Shown: in pieces, positions 39,610 to 48,786 of the stretch | How the letters are laid out: every line of letters starts with the position of its first letter | How positions within the stretch are numbered: the stretch's first letter is position 1 | From: Candidatus Poribacteria bacterium | Lineage (GTDB): Bacteria; Poribacteria; WGA-4E; PCPOR2b | Assembly (NCBI GenBank): GCA_965198175.1 | Contig: OZ240245.1 | Coordinates: 3,776,001 to 3,840,000 of the forward strand | Direction: 5' to 3' | Length of the DNA stretch: 64,000 nt | The notes under the pieces: generated by a model | Database searches by the model: none | Told to the model about the DNA's origin: nothing | Seen by the model: the letters and a program-made list of their open reading frames with translations, nothing else | Translations under genes and position numbers: made by a program

Positions 39610-40347
39610 ATGAGAAATCTGAGTGTCTTGGTGACAATTGGGTTTGTGTTGCTAATATCTGTTGGATGGATTGGCTGCCTTTCGCAAATCATTCAAAAGG
39701 GTACAGGGAACAAGAAACTACTCGACTTCGCCACCGCTGAAACTGGTGCGACAGTCGTTGCTTCCATGTCCATGCCAAGGCATGAGGCTGAAACGACTAT
39801 CAATGGTATCACATCATCGGAAGATTGGGATAAGGGAGAAGGTTGGCGGGTTCAATTTAATCGGAAAAATTGTTGGACGTGTTTTGGAGGTCCGAATACC
39901 GGAACACTTGGGGGGGCTTGGATTGAAGTGCATTTCCCCAAGCCAGAACGGGTCAATCGCATTGTGATACACACCCTAGATTCGTCCGATTATCCCGCTT
40001 CGAGGTATGGTATTTATTCGGGAATTCTACGGATTTGGCGCGAAAAGCGGTGGGAGACCTTAGGTCGTATTAAGAAGGGAAAGATTGAGTATAGGACGCA
40101 GGCCTCCTACGGTAAACCGGCTGGCGGAAAAATTGAGTTTAGGTTTTCACCGATAACTATCGCCAAAGTACGTTTCGATGTGTATCGTAGCAATGACCGA
40201 AAATTTGTGGGAAGGACTTTTGGTGGAATGGAAGAGAGTACCGCCCGAATTGTCGAAATCGAAGTGACAGGGAATGAATCAGTCGATACGATTGCTGAAA
40301 TACAGGAGTTCCCTAGCTTTGACGATGAGGAAAATCTAATATTTTAG
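39610..40347 (+). CDS. Putative lipoprotein with discoidin (F5/8 type C) / galactose-binding-like domain
   Basis: GGAGG RBS. Hydrophobic signal ending IGC. GATVVAS...INGI...W...AWIEV.FP....VNRIVI...I.EIEV pattern. Confidence 0.65.
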   Translation: MRNLSVLVTIGFVLLISVGWIGCLSQIIQKGTGNKKLLDFATAETGATVVASMSMPRHEAETTINGITSSEDWDKGEGWRVQFNRKNCWTCFGGPNTGTLGGAWIEVHFPKPERVNRIVIHTLDSSDYPASRYGIYSGILRIWREKRWETLGRIKKGKIEYRTQASYGKPAGGKIEFRFSPITIAKVRFDVYRSNDRKFVGRTFGGMEESTARIVEIEVTGNESVDTIAEIQEFPSFDDEENLIF

Positions 40348-40554
40348 GGCGGTACCGCTCAATCCTTCACACAGATCCCCACGTCTGTGTGTGAAGAGTC
40401 TGTATTTAGGTGCATCGTTATAGCAGTTTCTTTATCTTCTGCTCAATTCCTACTTCACGGCCGGGAGCAAAACCATCCTCGCGATAGCGTACAATGTCTT
40501 CTTTGTCGATATAAAAGGATATTTCCCCTAACTCAAATATGGAGGATTAATCCA

Positions 40555-41499
40555 ATGAAGAGTGCGATCGTTTTTAAGCTAATCTTACTGTTGGTTAGCG
40601 CTCTTTTTCTACCGATCAGTTTCGCACAAGATTCTCCCCTATGGGGGCTGCCAAATCGAGCTAAGGTACGCTGCGGTAAGGGTAGTATACGTGAAATAAA
40701 GTATTCGCCCGATGGCGCTCGACTTGCGGTCGCTAGCAGTGTTGGAACTTGGCTCTACGATACGGCGACGCATCAAGAGGTCGCCCTGCTCACCGGGCAT
40801 ACGCGTTTGGTCCGTAGCGTTGCGTACAGTCCCGATGGACGAACCATTGTTAGCGGGAGCGGAGACAATACCGTCCGTCTGTGGGACGTAAATACGGGAG
40901 AAACACTGCGAACCCTTGAGGGGCATACGCGATTTGTCATTAGCGTTGCGTACAGTCCCGATGGACGCACCATTGCTAGTGGGAGCGGAGACAATACCAT
41001 CCGTCTGTGGGACGTACATACGGGAGAAACACTGCGAACGCTCAAGGGGCATACGAGTTGGGTTTATAGTGTTGCGTACAGTCCTGATGGTCGTATCCTT
41101 GCAAGTGGGGGTGTGGACGGCACCGTGTTGCTGTGGGAACTTACCTCTTCGCCAGCATTTGGAGTGGAACCGCTGGCAAGAAGTGCCACGACGCTGGGAA
41201 ACATCAAACGCACGGCGTTGCTTCAGAATTATCCAAATCCGTTCAACCCTGAAACTTGGATACCGTATCAGTTGGCAGACGATGCGCTCGTTACATTGAG
41301 CATCTATGACCAGAGCGGTCATATCGTCCGCGGGCTGGACATTGGACATCAAAAGTCGGGAGTATACCGAGACAAAGCAAGCGCAGCGTATTGGGACGGA
41401 CGGAACCAAAACGGAGAAAGCGTCACTAGCGGCACCTATTACTATCAGCTCCGGGCGGGTGATTATAGCTCGTTACGGCGAATGGTGATTGTCAAATAG
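40555..41499 (+). CDS. Secreted WD40 protein (4 repeats) with T9SS type A / FlgD-Ig-like C-terminal domain
   Basis: Signal peptide ending SFAQ. GHT..V.SVAYSPDG..IASGS.D.T.RLWD repeats. LLQNYPNPFNPETWIPY...WDGRN..GE.V.SG.YYY.L. Confidence 0.9.
   Translation: MKSAIVFKLILLLVSALFLPISFAQDSPLWGLPNRAKVRCGKGSIREIKYSPDGARLAVASSVGTWLYDTATHQEVALLTGHTRLVRSVAYSPDGRTIVSGSGDNTVRLWDVNTGETLRTLEGHTRFVISVAYSPDGRTIASGSGDNTIRLWDVHTGETLRTLKGHTSWVYSVAYSPDGRILASGGVDGTVLLWELTSSPAFGVEPLARSATTLGNIKRTALLQNYPNPFNPETWIPYQLADDALVTLSIYDQSGHIVRGLDIGHQKSGVYRDKASAAYWDGRNQNGESVTSGTYYYQLRAGDYSSLRRMVIVK
40795..41090 (+). repeat. Near-identical 126-bp tandem WD40 repeats
   Basis: Units start at 40795, 40921 and 41047 (GGGCATACG...). 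Confidence 0.85.
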
Positions 41500-41611
41500 T
41501 AACACATGGCGATTGGAGGTGATAAACCGAAAATATCTAAAAGCTTGGTTCTTGGAGTTACTGCGAACGAATTGATTTAGATGCACGACGCAAAATTGGA
41601 GGATGATTCCA

Positions 41612-43828
41612 ATGAAAAAAACGATGATTTTCAAGTTTAGCTTATTCTTTGTTGCCGCACTATGTGTACCATACAGCTACGCCGAAGATTCTCTTCAGTG
41701 GCATCTACCCGAAACCGCCAAAGCACGGCTCGGTAGAGGTTCGATAAGCGAAATTAAGTATTCACCCGACGGCAAACGACTTGCTGTCGCAAGCAGCATC
41801 GGTATATGGCTCTACGATACGGAAACCCATAAAGAAGCCGCATTTCTTACCGGGGATACAGGCGATATTAGCGGTTTTTCGTTCAGTCCCGACGGGGGCA
41901 CAATTGCCAGTGCAAGTGATGGTGCTGACGTCCTCAGTATGTGGGAAGCGGAAACGGGCAAACGCCTGCGAACAGTGAACGGTCATGGAGGTTGGGTGAT
42001 TAGCGTTTCGTTCAGTCCCAATGGCGACACCTTTGCAGGCGGGACTTACGACGATACCATCCATATGTGGGACGCGGAAACGGGAAAGCGCCTGCATACG
42101 CTCCGAGGGCATACGGATAACGTCGGTATCGTTTCGTTCAGTCCCGATGGCGGCACCATCGCTAGCGGGAGTAGAGATACCACCGTCCGTCTATGGGACG
42201 CGGCTACGGGAGCACACCTGCGAACGCTAGGCGGTCACACGAATCCGGTCCATAGTGTTTCGTTCAGCCCCGACGGTGCTATGATTGCTAGCGGTAGTGA
42301 CGATAATTCAATCATACTATGGAACGCGGCTACGGGAAAACACTTTCGAACGCTAATCGGCCATACACATTCGGTCAATAGTGTCTTGTTCAGCCCCGAC
42401 GGCGGCACCATTGCGAGCGGAAGCTGGGACGATTCAATCCGTCTGTGGGACGCAGTAACAGGCGAACAGCTGCAAACGCTTAACGGACATACGGATTGGG
42501 TTAGTACAGTTGCATACAGTCCCGATGGGCGCACACTCGCTAGCGGGAGTTGGGACGGAACCGTCCGCGTGTGGAATGCAGCTACTGGCGAACACCTGGG
42601 AACGCTGACAGGGTATACGGGTTCGGTCAGAAGTGTCGCATTTAGTCCAGACGGCGGTACGGTTGCCAGCGGCAGTTGGGGGGACGAAACCGTTCGTCTA
42701 TGGGACGCCGATACTGGCGACCTTTTGCACACGCTTAGCGGGCATACGAGCCAGGTCTCGATTGTCGTGTTCAGTCCCGATGGACGCCGCATCGCAAGTG
42801 GGAGTCGGGACCTAACCATTCGTCTGTGGGACGCGGCTACGGGAGAACACGTTCGGACGCTCAAGGGGCATACGAATTCGATCTATGGCTTGGCGTTCAG
42901 TCCGGATGGACGCCGCATCGCTGGCGGAAGTTTGGACAATACGGTTCGAATTTGGGATTCCGATACCGGAGAACTCTTACGAACGCGGTGGAACGTACAT
43001 ACGCCTAGGTTTGGAGTCTCAAGCCTTGCGTTTAGTCCTGACGGCAGCATCCTCGCCAGTGGGGGCAAAACCAATATCGTACTGTGGGATGTCGATAACG
43101 GTGAACGCCTGCGCGTCCTTAAGGGACATACATTATCGATCCAGAGCATTGCCTTCAGTCCGGATGGCGGCACGATTGCCAGTGGCGGTTGGGACGATAC
43201 CATCCGCCTGTGGAACGTTGATACCGGCAAGCACCTTCGAACGATTATCTGGCATGGCGGTTGGGTCAATAGCGTTGATTTTAGCCCGGACGGCGGCACC
43301 CTCGTTAGCGCGAACGCAGATCGGAGAATCCGACTGTGGGACGTCGATACCGGCAAACACCTGCGAACACTCACCGGGCATACGGATTCAGTCTATAGCG
43401 TTGCATTTGGTCCCGAGGGACGCACGCTCGCAAGCGGGAGTTGGGACGGCACTGTGCTGTTATGGGATCTTGACACTTCAATCGGAGTTGGGGTGGAACC
43501 CTTGGGAAGTCACTTGACGACGCTGGGCAACATGAAACGGACGGCGTTATTGCAGAATTATCCGAATCCGTTCAACCCCGAAACCTGGATACCGTACCAG
43601 TTGGCAAACGATGCGCTCGTGAGCTTGAACATCTATGACCAGCGCGGTCACGTCGTGCGTAGGCTCGACGTTGGGCGTCAGAAATCGGGCGTCTACCAAC
43701 ACAAAGAGAACGCTGCGTATTGGGACGGACGGAACCAAAACGGAGAACGCGTCACAAGCGGCACGTATTACTATCAACTTCGCGCGGGCGATTACACCTC
43801 GTTGCGGCGGATGGTGGTTGTTAAGTAG
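41612..43828 (+). CDS. Secreted WD40 protein (14 repeats) with T9SS type A / FlgD-Ig-like C-terminal domain
   Basis: Signal peptide ending SYAE. 14 countable WD repeats. Same NYPNPFNPETWIPY domain. Confidence 0.92.
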   Translation: MKKTMIFKFSLFFVAALCVPYSYAEDSLQWHLPETAKARLGRGSISEIKYSPDGKRLAVASSIGIWLYDTETHKEAAFLTGDTGDISGFSFSPDGGTIASASDGADVLSMWEAETGKRLRTVNGHGGWVISVSFSPNGDTFAGGTYDDTIHMWDAETGKRLHTLRGHTDNVGIVSFSPDGGTIASGSRDTTVRLWDAATGAHLRTLGGHTNPVHSVSFSPDGAMIASGSDDNSIILWNAATGKHFRTLIGHTHSVNSVLFSPDGGTIASGSWDDSIRLWDAVTGEQLQTLNGHTDWVSTVAYSPDGRTLASGSWDGTVRVWNAATGEHLGTLTGYTGSVRSVAFSPDGGTVASGSWGDETVRLWDADTGDLLHTLSGHTSQVSIVVFSPDGRRIASGSRDLTIRLWDAATGEHVRTLKGHTNSIYGLAFSPDGRRIAGGSLDNTVRIWDSDTGELLRTRWNVHTPRFGVSSLAFSPDGSILASGGKTNIVLWDVDNGERLRVLKGHTLSIQSIAFSPDGGTIASGGWDDTIRLWNVDTGKHLRTIIWHGGWVNSVDFSPDGGTLVSANADRRIRLWDVDTGKHLRTLTGHTDSVYSVAFGPEGRTLASGSWDGTVLLWDLDTSIGVGVEPLGSHLTTLGNMKRTALLQNYPNPFNPETWIPYQLANDALVSLNIYDQRGHVVRRLDVGRQKSGVYQHKENAAYWDGRNQNGERVTSGTYYYQLRAGDYTSLRRMVVVK

Positions 43829-43989
43829 TGCCGCGCAATTGAGGTGTGAAGCCGACTGATTTTAAAAACCGGTTTCTGAAGTTACCGCGAGCAATATGAA
43901 TTAGATGTGATTGAAAGTATCAGTGCGTAGGTTGGGTTGGGCAGTGGACGTTTGCTCCACGTTTGTGAAAGCTATCTAAAAAAGCCGAT

Positions 43990-46767
43990 TTGAGTATTCC
44001 AAATTTGGCTGTGGAGAATGAATTGACATATAATTTTGACGAAGTCGCAAGGCTGCCATCTCGCACGGATAACGTGGCAATTGCGACAAGGACAATAGAA
44101 GCAGGATTGGAAATCAACAGCGAAGGGGAACGCTACACCCTATCCCACACCGTTTTGGAGGGGCATCGGTTCGCCGTCAAGACAATAGATGAAGGCGAAT
44201 CACTGCTTTCATGGGGCTTGACGTTTGGAATCTCGACCACTGGAATTAGCCCCGGAGGCTACATCTGCAACTCAGGCATTCTCGATGCGCTCGCTCTGAG
44301 AAACTTGGAGTTCGAACTACCGTCGCACCCAAGTTTCAGAGATGAGATTGCCCCTTACGTCCTTGATGAAGATGCTTTTCAGCCGGGGGTACAAGTGCCC
44401 CTATACAACCACCAGAGATTTTTTGCTGGTCACCGAAGGGCGGGTAACCGAGGTGTAGGAACGCGAAATTATATCGCTGTGATGGGGACAACTTCCCGAA
44501 CCTCCAGCTTTGCGAAAACGCTAGCGGATCGGTTCAAAGACGCCGAAGCAAACTATGAAAACATAGATGGAATCGTCGCGGTGGGGCACACCGAAGGCGG
44601 GGAAGAGATAAAACCGAATAACCTAGATATATTGCTCCGAACGCTTGGAGGCTTTATCGTGCATCCGAACGTTGGGGCAATACTTGTGCTTGACTATGGT
44701 ACGGAAGCGGTCACGAACAAGATGCTTGAGCATTATGTCGTGCAGCATTGCTACCCGATTCATGGCGTACGCCATCGATTTCTGACCTTGCAAGGCAGCT
44801 TTAATGTCAGTCTGGAGAAAGGTGAAGCGATAATCAATGGGTGGTTGAAAGAGATAAACGCGGCGGACAAGCACACCAAGCAACCTGTCTCAAATTTAAA
44901 GATTGCGCTCCAGTGCGGCGGCTCAGATGCATTTTCGGGTGTCTCTGGCAATCCGCTTGCAGCCCACGTTGCAAACGAGATAATTCGCTATGGCGGCTGC
45001 GCAAATCTAGCGGAAACCGATGAGTTAATCGGCGCAGAAGAATATGTCCTCCAAACCGTCAAAGATTTAGAGACTGCCCATAAGTTCCTCGACACGATAG
45101 AGCGATTTAAGGAGCGGGCACGTTGGCACGGTCACACTGTAGAAGCCAATCCCTCAGGCGGCAATAAGTTTCGCGGGTTATACAACATCGTGATCAAATC
45201 AATCGGCGCTGCCATGAAACGACATCCGGACGTTCGTCTAGATGATGTCATCCCCTATGGCGAGCGCATGCTTGAATCGGGCTTCTATTTCATGGACAGT
45301 CCAGGAAACGATCTTGAGAGCATTGCTGGACAGGTCGCCAGCGGGGCAAATCTGATATTCTTTGTGACTGGAAACGGTTCGATTACGAACTTCCCTTTTG
45401 TCCCGACGATAAAAATTGTTACAACCACTGGGCGGTACAATTTGTTGGCAAATGAGATGGATGTGAACGCCGGAGCATATCTGGATGGGGTCCCTATGGC
45501 GGTGTTAGGTCAGGAAATGTTCGACCTAACGCTTAGGATTGCGGGTGGTGAGCAATCTGTTGGTGAAAAGGCACGACATTCTCAGGTGTCAATCTGGCGA
45601 AACTGGCGACAAACCTGTCCAACCAATCTAAACGCAGTATTACCAAAAGAAGTCCCCGATGGCAAGCCCCTCTCCATCCGGACAACGAGGCAGCCAACAT
45701 CCCCATCTAGCACCTTGGAAGACGAGGCAGCAACTCATCCGAGGTTTAACGCCATTCAAACCAAAGATGGGTACCGAAGCGATCAGATTGGTTTGGTGCT
45801 GCCAACGAGTCTGTGCTCTGGTCAAATTGCCCTGATGATTGCTGACCGCTTAAATCGAGGCAGAATCGGGAAATCCTATGGAATCTCCCGATTTGTGGCG
45901 CTGCCTCATACCGAGGGTTGCGGCGTTTCAGGCGGTAATTCTGAGGACATTTACACAAGAACCCTCATCGGACATCTAATCCATCCAATTGTGGCTTTAG
46001 GAGTGCTTTTAGAACATGGATGTGAAAAAACCCACAACGACTATATCGCGGACGCGCTCACAAAAAACGACATACCCATTGATCGATACGGCTGGGCAAG
46101 CGTGCAACTCGATGGGGGTATTGAGGCGGCGATTCAGAAGGTCGAAAATTGGTTTGGAACCCGTTTAGAATCAATGGACACCCCACATTATACCGATGTA
46201 GGGTTGGAACATCTGTGTCTGGGATTGATGTCGGTCGGTAAAATCACTGACGATGCGGTGCAGAGCCTGGTGAACCTCATCCAGACCGTCGTTGGCGCCG
46301 GTGGAACTGTCGTTGTACCCGCCAATGCAACAGGTTTGGTCTCGCATGCGTACCTGAAAGGTGTATTAGGCGATCAACATCTTACGTCCACGTTGGCTTA
46401 TGGTCAAAGCGTTGCTGAACCAGGATTTCATATCATGGACACTCCCACAGGTCACGCTGTTGAAACTTTGACAGGCTTAGGTGGAACGGGTGTGGACGTG
46501 ATGTTTGCTCACGTTGTGGGACACCCGTTACAGTCTCACCGTATGATTCCGCTGCTTCAAGCCACAACTGACGAGACGACCCTATCGTTTTATCAGGACG
46601 ATTTGGATCTAACCTCTGCCGATGAGAATTCGACGCCTGAAGATTTTACGACCCAAATGCTGAAAATCATCCTGGAGGTTGCCTCGCGACGCTATATCCC
46701 AAAGCTCTATGGCAGGGGCAACACGGATTTTCAATTTACGCGAGGGTTGCTTGGCATTTCAATGTGA
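43990..46767 (+). CDS. UxaA/GarD family hydro-lyase, double length (start may be TTG 44023)
   Basis: SAF domain (DNVAIA...GHRFAV), GVGTRNYI, HPNVGA.L, LQCGGSDAFSG.S.NP, NPSGGN..GL.NI..KS.GA..K, MDSPGND.ES. Confidence 0.88.
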   Translation: MSIPNLAVENELTYNFDEVARLPSRTDNVAIATRTIEAGLEINSEGERYTLSHTVLEGHRFAVKTIDEGESLLSWGLTFGISTTGISPGGYICNSGILDALALRNLEFELPSHPSFRDEIAPYVLDEDAFQPGVQVPLYNHQRFFAGHRRAGNRGVGTRNYIAVMGTTSRTSSFAKTLADRFKDAEANYENIDGIVAVGHTEGGEEIKPNNLDILLRTLGGFIVHPNVGAILVLDYGTEAVTNKMLEHYVVQHCYPIHGVRHRFLTLQGSFNVSLEKGEAIINGWLKEINAADKHTKQPVSNLKIALQCGGSDAFSGVSGNPLAAHVANEIIRYGGCANLAETDELIGAEEYVLQTVKDLETAHKFLDTIERFKERARWHGHTVEANPSGGNKFRGLYNIVIKSIGAAMKRHPDVRLDDVIPYGERMLESGFYFMDSPGNDLESIAGQVASGANLIFFVTGNGSITNFPFVPTIKIVTTTGRYNLLANEMDVNAGAYLDGVPMAVLGQEMFDLTLRIAGGEQSVGEKARHSQVSIWRNWRQTCPTNLNAVLPKEVPDGKPLSIRTTRQPTSPSSTLEDEAATHPRFNAIQTKDGYRSDQIGLVLPTSLCSGQIALMIADRLNRGRIGKSYGISRFVALPHTEGCGVSGGNSEDIYTRTLIGHLIHPIVALGVLLEHGCEKTHNDYIADALTKNDIPIDRYGWASVQLDGGIEAAIQKVENWFGTRLESMDTPHYTDVGLEHLCLGLMSVGKITDDAVQSLVNLIQTVVGAGGTVVVPANATGLVSHAYLKGVLGDQHLTSTLAYGQSVAEPGFHIMDTPTGHAVETLTGLGGTGVDVMFAHVVGHPLQSHRMIPLLQATTDETTLSFYQDDLDLTSADENSTPEDFTTQMLKIILEVASRRYIPKLYGRGNTDFQFTRGLLGISM

Positions 46768-46843
46768 TATCCTTCCTTATCTTCCCCATCCTTCCAACTC
46801 CAGATAAAAAGGGCACGGTCCCAAAGAATGGAGAATTAAAGCA

Positions 46844-47806
46844 ATGGAATCCGCTGCTGACGGAATTCACCGACGAGCAATCGTGGTTGTGGTTCATGAC
46901 CACCGACCGATTGGTCAAGATTTGCCGCTGATGGCTGAAGGCGGCGTTACAGCAAAAGTTTATCAGATTACCCTAGATGTGGATGTAGATGCGGGTTATC
47001 AAGCTTCAAGAAATCAAACAGAAGGTTGGTTGCAGTTAGCCGCCCGCGGGCTGGAAAACACACTGAGCGAAATTGAAAGCCATTACCCACACTGCATCCT
47101 CGCCAAGAAAACCCGCGACATCCGACAGGCTAAGGAAGAAGGTCGTGTCGCGATTATCCTTGGCGCTGAAGGGTCACGATGGCTCGAAGGTACTCTCGAA
47201 CCGCTTCGATTATTCCATCGCCTCGGTCTTCGTGAACTTCAACTCACTTGGGCTTTTCCCAACCCGATCGTGCCTGACGGACACCTCAGTCCTTTCGGAG
47301 CAGCGGTTATCTCTGAATGCGAAAAACTAGGGATTCTAGTTGACGTGACACACATACCGAAAAATGCCTTTTACGAGGTGATTTACCGCGCACAACGTCC
47401 TGTCATCGTCTCTCACGGAACCGCGAAATCGCTCACAAAGGATTTAGATGACAATCAACTCGGTGCACTCGCCTCAACCGGTGGTCTACTGGGTGTCCAT
47501 TTTTACATTACCTATCTCAACCCCACACCGACACCGGAAGACATATTTAGGCAGATTGATTATGTCGCTGAACTGGTCGGAATCGATCACATCGCGCTCG
47601 GCGTTGATTTCTTTCCCACGGAGGGGGTATGGCGAGACCTGCAAACTGCGCAGGGAGCAACAGACCTTCGCTGGGCAGTAAAGGATATGAGCGAAATGCC
47701 CAAAATCACACAATGCCTTGTTGAACACGGTTACTCAGAGGTAGATATACACAAGGTGCTAGGAGGCAATTTCCTTAGGGTATGTCAGGAGGTATTTGGA
47801 GAATGA
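46844..47806 (+). CDS. Membrane dipeptidase (peptidase M19) family protein
   Basis: ILGAEG, LGLR.LQLTW, GILVDVTH, P.IVSHG, GIDHIALG.DF, KVLGGNFLRV. Confidence 0.88.
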   Translation: MESAADGIHRRAIVVVVHDHRPIGQDLPLMAEGGVTAKVYQITLDVDVDAGYQASRNQTEGWLQLAARGLENTLSEIESHYPHCILAKKTRDIRQAKEEGRVAIILGAEGSRWLEGTLEPLRLFHRLGLRELQLTWAFPNPIVPDGHLSPFGAAVISECEKLGILVDVTHIPKNAFYEVIYRAQRPVIVSHGTAKSLTKDLDDNQLGALASTGGLLGVHFYITYLNPTPTPEDIFRQIDYVAELVGIDHIALGVDFFPTEGVWRDLQTAQGATDLRWAVKDMSEMPKITQCLVEHGYSEVDIHKVLGGNFLRVCQEVFGE

Positions 47807-48762
47807 TTATTGATACCCACACACATGTATTTGACCGCACAGTCGCAGGTGCGGAAGAGAATTTCCCGCTCTGGCCTGGGGTAGACCACGGCGCCAGCGG
47901 GCCAGACCTGCTCCGTCAGATGGACGGAGCAGGGGTCGACAAAGCCTTTCTCATCAGTTACACCGCCGTGGATGTTATGGCCCATTATCACCCTGACAAA
48001 CGAGACCATCTGGTCACAGTCTTTCAGCACTATCTGACCAAGGAATATTTCATCCGTGTCTGGGAAGGGAACCTCGATCGCTTCGTCTGGTTCGCGGATT
48101 CGATTGACCCGCGCGTAGCCGGTTACGTGGAACGCGCCGAGCAAGATTTGAACCGCGGTGCTGCGGGACTCAAGCTACTACCGCTATTTGTCGACACTGA
48201 GCTAGGCGATCCGCGCTGGCGACCTATCTTTGAGCTGCTCCACGAACGCCACAAGCCCTGCATTATCGATCTCTCGTGGTGGTATGCCGACCAGCCGTGG
48301 TTTTCCCCGAGTGTCTACGGGAAGTATGAAACCTACACCGACTATGTGCGAGGGTTGAAGGAATTGGCGGTAGATTTCCCAGATGTCAAGATCCAGTTGG
48401 CACATTACGGCACACCGCGGCTCCAGGATCGAGGCGATCCAGCGCGAACGATTCATTATGACCGCTTGAAAGAACCGATCGAACTCATGCGAGCGCATCC
48501 TAATCTCCGCTGCGATCTATCAGCGTGTCATCACATCATCCCGAAGAATGAACCGTTTCCTTTTTGGAGTGCGTTGAGGGTGTTAAAGATTCTGGCGGAT
48601 GAATTGGGCGCCGAGCGTATCCATTGGGGTACCGACTGGCCCTACCTCAGAGAGCAGCCCTATTCAGAATTGGTTCGGGCAATTCGGGAAGCGCCGTTCT
48701 TGAAGGACGGCGAAGCTGAAAAGATATTGGGCTTCAATGCTCTACAATTCTTACAAGCATAG
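47803..48762 (+). CDS. Amidohydrolase 2 family protein
   Basis: IIDTHTH, G..GLKL, LAHYG, WGTDWP, KILG.NA. ATGA overlap with the upstream gene. Confidence 0.88.
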   Translation: MIIDTHTHVFDRTVAGAEENFPLWPGVDHGASGPDLLRQMDGAGVDKAFLISYTAVDVMAHYHPDKRDHLVTVFQHYLTKEYFIRVWEGNLDRFVWFADSIDPRVAGYVERAEQDLNRGAAGLKLLPLFVDTELGDPRWRPIFELLHERHKPCIIDLSWWYADQPWFSPSVYGKYETYTDYVRGLKELAVDFPDVKIQLAHYGTPRLQDRGDPARTIHYDRLKEPIELMRAHPNLRCDLSACHHIIPKNEPFPFWSALRVLKILADELGAERIHWGTDWPYLREQPYSELVRAIREAPFLKDGEAEKILGFNALQFLQA

Positions 48763-48786
48763 AGCAGCTCGCAGTTTATCCCCAAA

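Noticed and set aside
40639..43374. Long antisense ORFs over the WD40 genes (and similar ones over the ankyrin, FGE and SDR genes)
   Set aside because: Shadow ORFs produced by repetitive, codon-biased sense genes; no RBS or family motifs.
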